Shown here: positions 62,010 to 64,000 of the stretch, piece after piece
Position numbering within the stretch: position 1 is the stretch's first letter
Layout: every line of letters begins with the position of its first letter
NCBI GenBank assembly: GCA_964016885.1
Contig: OZ024762.1
Span: 9,052,001 to 9,116,000, forward strand
DNA from: Eledone cirrhosa
Taxonomy: Eukaryota
Length of the DNA stretch: 64,000 nt
Direction of reading: 5' to 3'
Position numbers and translations under genes: made by a program
Notes under the pieces: model-generated
Seen by the model: only the letters and a program-made list of their open reading frames with translations
The model's database searches: none
Told to the model about the DNA's origin: nothing

Positions 62010-62500
62010 AAGTAATGCATATGAAACATAAGTAATGCATATGCAAAGTTTAAAAAAAATCGGTTGGGTACTTCTCGAGTTACAGACCCTAACGCAACCA
62101 AAATGCTTCAAAAAATCGGTTTTTCGCTTAATGCGGTCCCTGGGGCAAAAAATGAGAAAATCTTTTTTGCTCAAAACACTTTAAACAACATAAGTAATGC
62201 AAATTTTGCAGAAATCGCCTGGATTATTGTTCCGTTATGCCTAAAAAAAAAAAAGCCTTTAAAGCCTAAAATATGCGGTTTTTCGCCTATTGCGGTCCCT
62301 AGGGCATTGAAAAATTGAAATATATTTTGCTCAAAACACTCACACGACTATAAGTATTACATGTGTAAAGTTTGAAAAAAATCGGTTGGGTGGTTCTCGA
62401 GTTTTAGGGAAACAGACAGACAGACATTCAGTGTTTTATATATATACTAGCCGAATGGCCCGGCGTTGCTCGGGACAAAAAATCTTATTAGTTTCACGCT
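62010..62500 (-). mobile_element. non-autonomous Helitron-like element(s)
   Basis: Minus strand 3' end CCCGAGCAACGCCGGG hairpin then CTAG (62447-62474), directly followed by a (TGTC)n-containing 5'-like region with internal repeats. Confidence 0.6.
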
Positions 62501-62528
62501 TTATATTGGAAATAGGAAAGAAAGTTCG

Positions 62529-62611
<83 letters not shown>

Positions 62612-62739
62612 CAATAAAACATATGACGATAGCTCGTTTAGAATGCACGACTGAATCCGATTTGATGAAAGTCTACAACAAAAACTCAAACTGATATCGT
62701 TGAAATTTACATTGTTCTACATGATATGACTGGTACCTA

Positions 62740-63300
62740 TTTCCTTCTTTTCTTCTTCTTCGCTCTCTTATTCCCGAGAGGGTCGTGGGAGGCCGAGTCC
62801 TCAAACACTGCTTAGAGCGGGTCCTGTCAGAATTGAAAGACACAAGACCAGCAATTTATCGGGAGGGAATATTTGATTATACCGACCCTTAGTTTTCTTC
62901 ATCTACTTATTCCATGGAGGGTCGGGGGAGCAAATTCCTTAAGTACTTCTTCCAGTGGGTCCTGTCAGAAGTAACCGTCTCCAATTGATCCGGCTAGATT
63001 CCCAAGCGGGAACAGCCAAGCTCATGGATGTTACCCAACCATCTTGCCTCAAGACCTCAATCAAAATGTCGGAGCAGGTGAGGTAATTAAAATATCGTCC
63101 CTATGTTTGGAAGTTCATGTCCGAATTTAGTTCTTCATCTTCTTCGTCCACATATTTCTGAGAGGGTCGTGGGGCCAGAGTTCTCAAACACTCCTTCCAA
63201 CAGGTCTTGTCAGAAGCAACCGTCTCCAACTGATCCGGCTGGATCCCCAAGCGGTAACAGCGAAGCTCATAGATGTTACCCAACCATCTTGCTTAAGATC
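62740..63300 (-). mobile_element. RTE-LINE 3' end remnants, about 3 partial tandem copies
   Basis: LGIQPDQLETVASDKTCWKECLR resembles the RTE ORF terminus (..A.DR..WR); (GAA)n tails. Confidence 0.7.
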
Positions 63301-63533
63301 TACCATCGCTCTCATCACTCTTTCTTCCTCCCCCCCCCCATATCTATATGGGTCCCCTGCCCGTTGGCTTTGCCCGTAAAATCTGGTGCTGGTACCTCTC
63401 TCTTTAACTGTTGTATTTTACGCACCATTGAGTGCTTTGTGATTGTCCCAAACAACTCGATTAGTACCTGCTATACGGAAGCTACAACTTTGATTCATAT
63501 CCAATCATCATCATCACCATCGTTTAACATCCA

Positions 63534-64000
63534 CTTTTGTCGTGACACCTACACAACCACTTTACAGTGAGTACTGGGTGCTTTTTGTCATGTCACCTAC
63601 ACAACCACTTTACAGTGTGGGCTGGGTGCTTTTTGTCATGACACCTACACAACCACTTTACAGTGAGTACTGGGTGCTTTTTGTCATGCCACCTACACAA
63701 CCACTTTACAGGTAGGGTGGGTTCTTTTTGTCATGTCACCTACACAACCACTTTACAGTGAGTACTGGGAGCCTTTTTGGCGTGACACCTACACAACCAC
63801 TTTACAGTGTGGGCTGGGTACTTTTTGTCATGACACCTACACAACCACTTTACAGGTAGGGTGGGTTCTTTTTGTCATGACACCTACACAACCACTTTAC
63901 AGTTTGGGCTGGGTGCTTTTTGTCATGTCACCTACACAACCACTTTACAGGTAGGGTGGGTTCTTTTTGTCATGACACCTACACAACCACTTTACAGTGA
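63534..64000. repeat. 48-bp minisatellite, ~10 copies, runs off the window end
   Basis: Unit TTTTTGTCATGACACCTACACAACCACTTTACAGTGAGTACTGGGTGC; period 63546 to 63594. Confidence 0.95.

Overview
This is a eukaryotic, very AT-rich window dominated by microsatellites: (TA)n mosaics, (CA)n, (CT)n, (CAC)n, (TAG)n and (CAT)n. The tRNA-derived SINEs and the repeat landscape resemble an octopus/cephalopod genome (inference from memory, not searched). I found no credible intact protein-coding gene, and almost all supplied ORFs are low-complexity artefacts. The complex-sequence islands are mostly repeats: tRNA-SINEs, RTE-LINE 3' fragments, small hAT/mariner/pogo-like elements, a Helitron-like junction and several minisatellites, three of them built from retroelement pieces. 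The main signal is a dense, diverse set of minimal type-I hammerhead ribozyme (HHR) motifs, about 11 near-complete plus several half or degenerate ones. Most lie in short ORF-less elements, usually next to (TA)n tracts, that resemble Penelope-like element (PLE) termini or retrozymes. Many are long fold-back palindromes whose symmetry centre falls in or beside HHR helix II. All motifs were found by eye, coordinates may be off by a few nt, and no activity is demonstrated.
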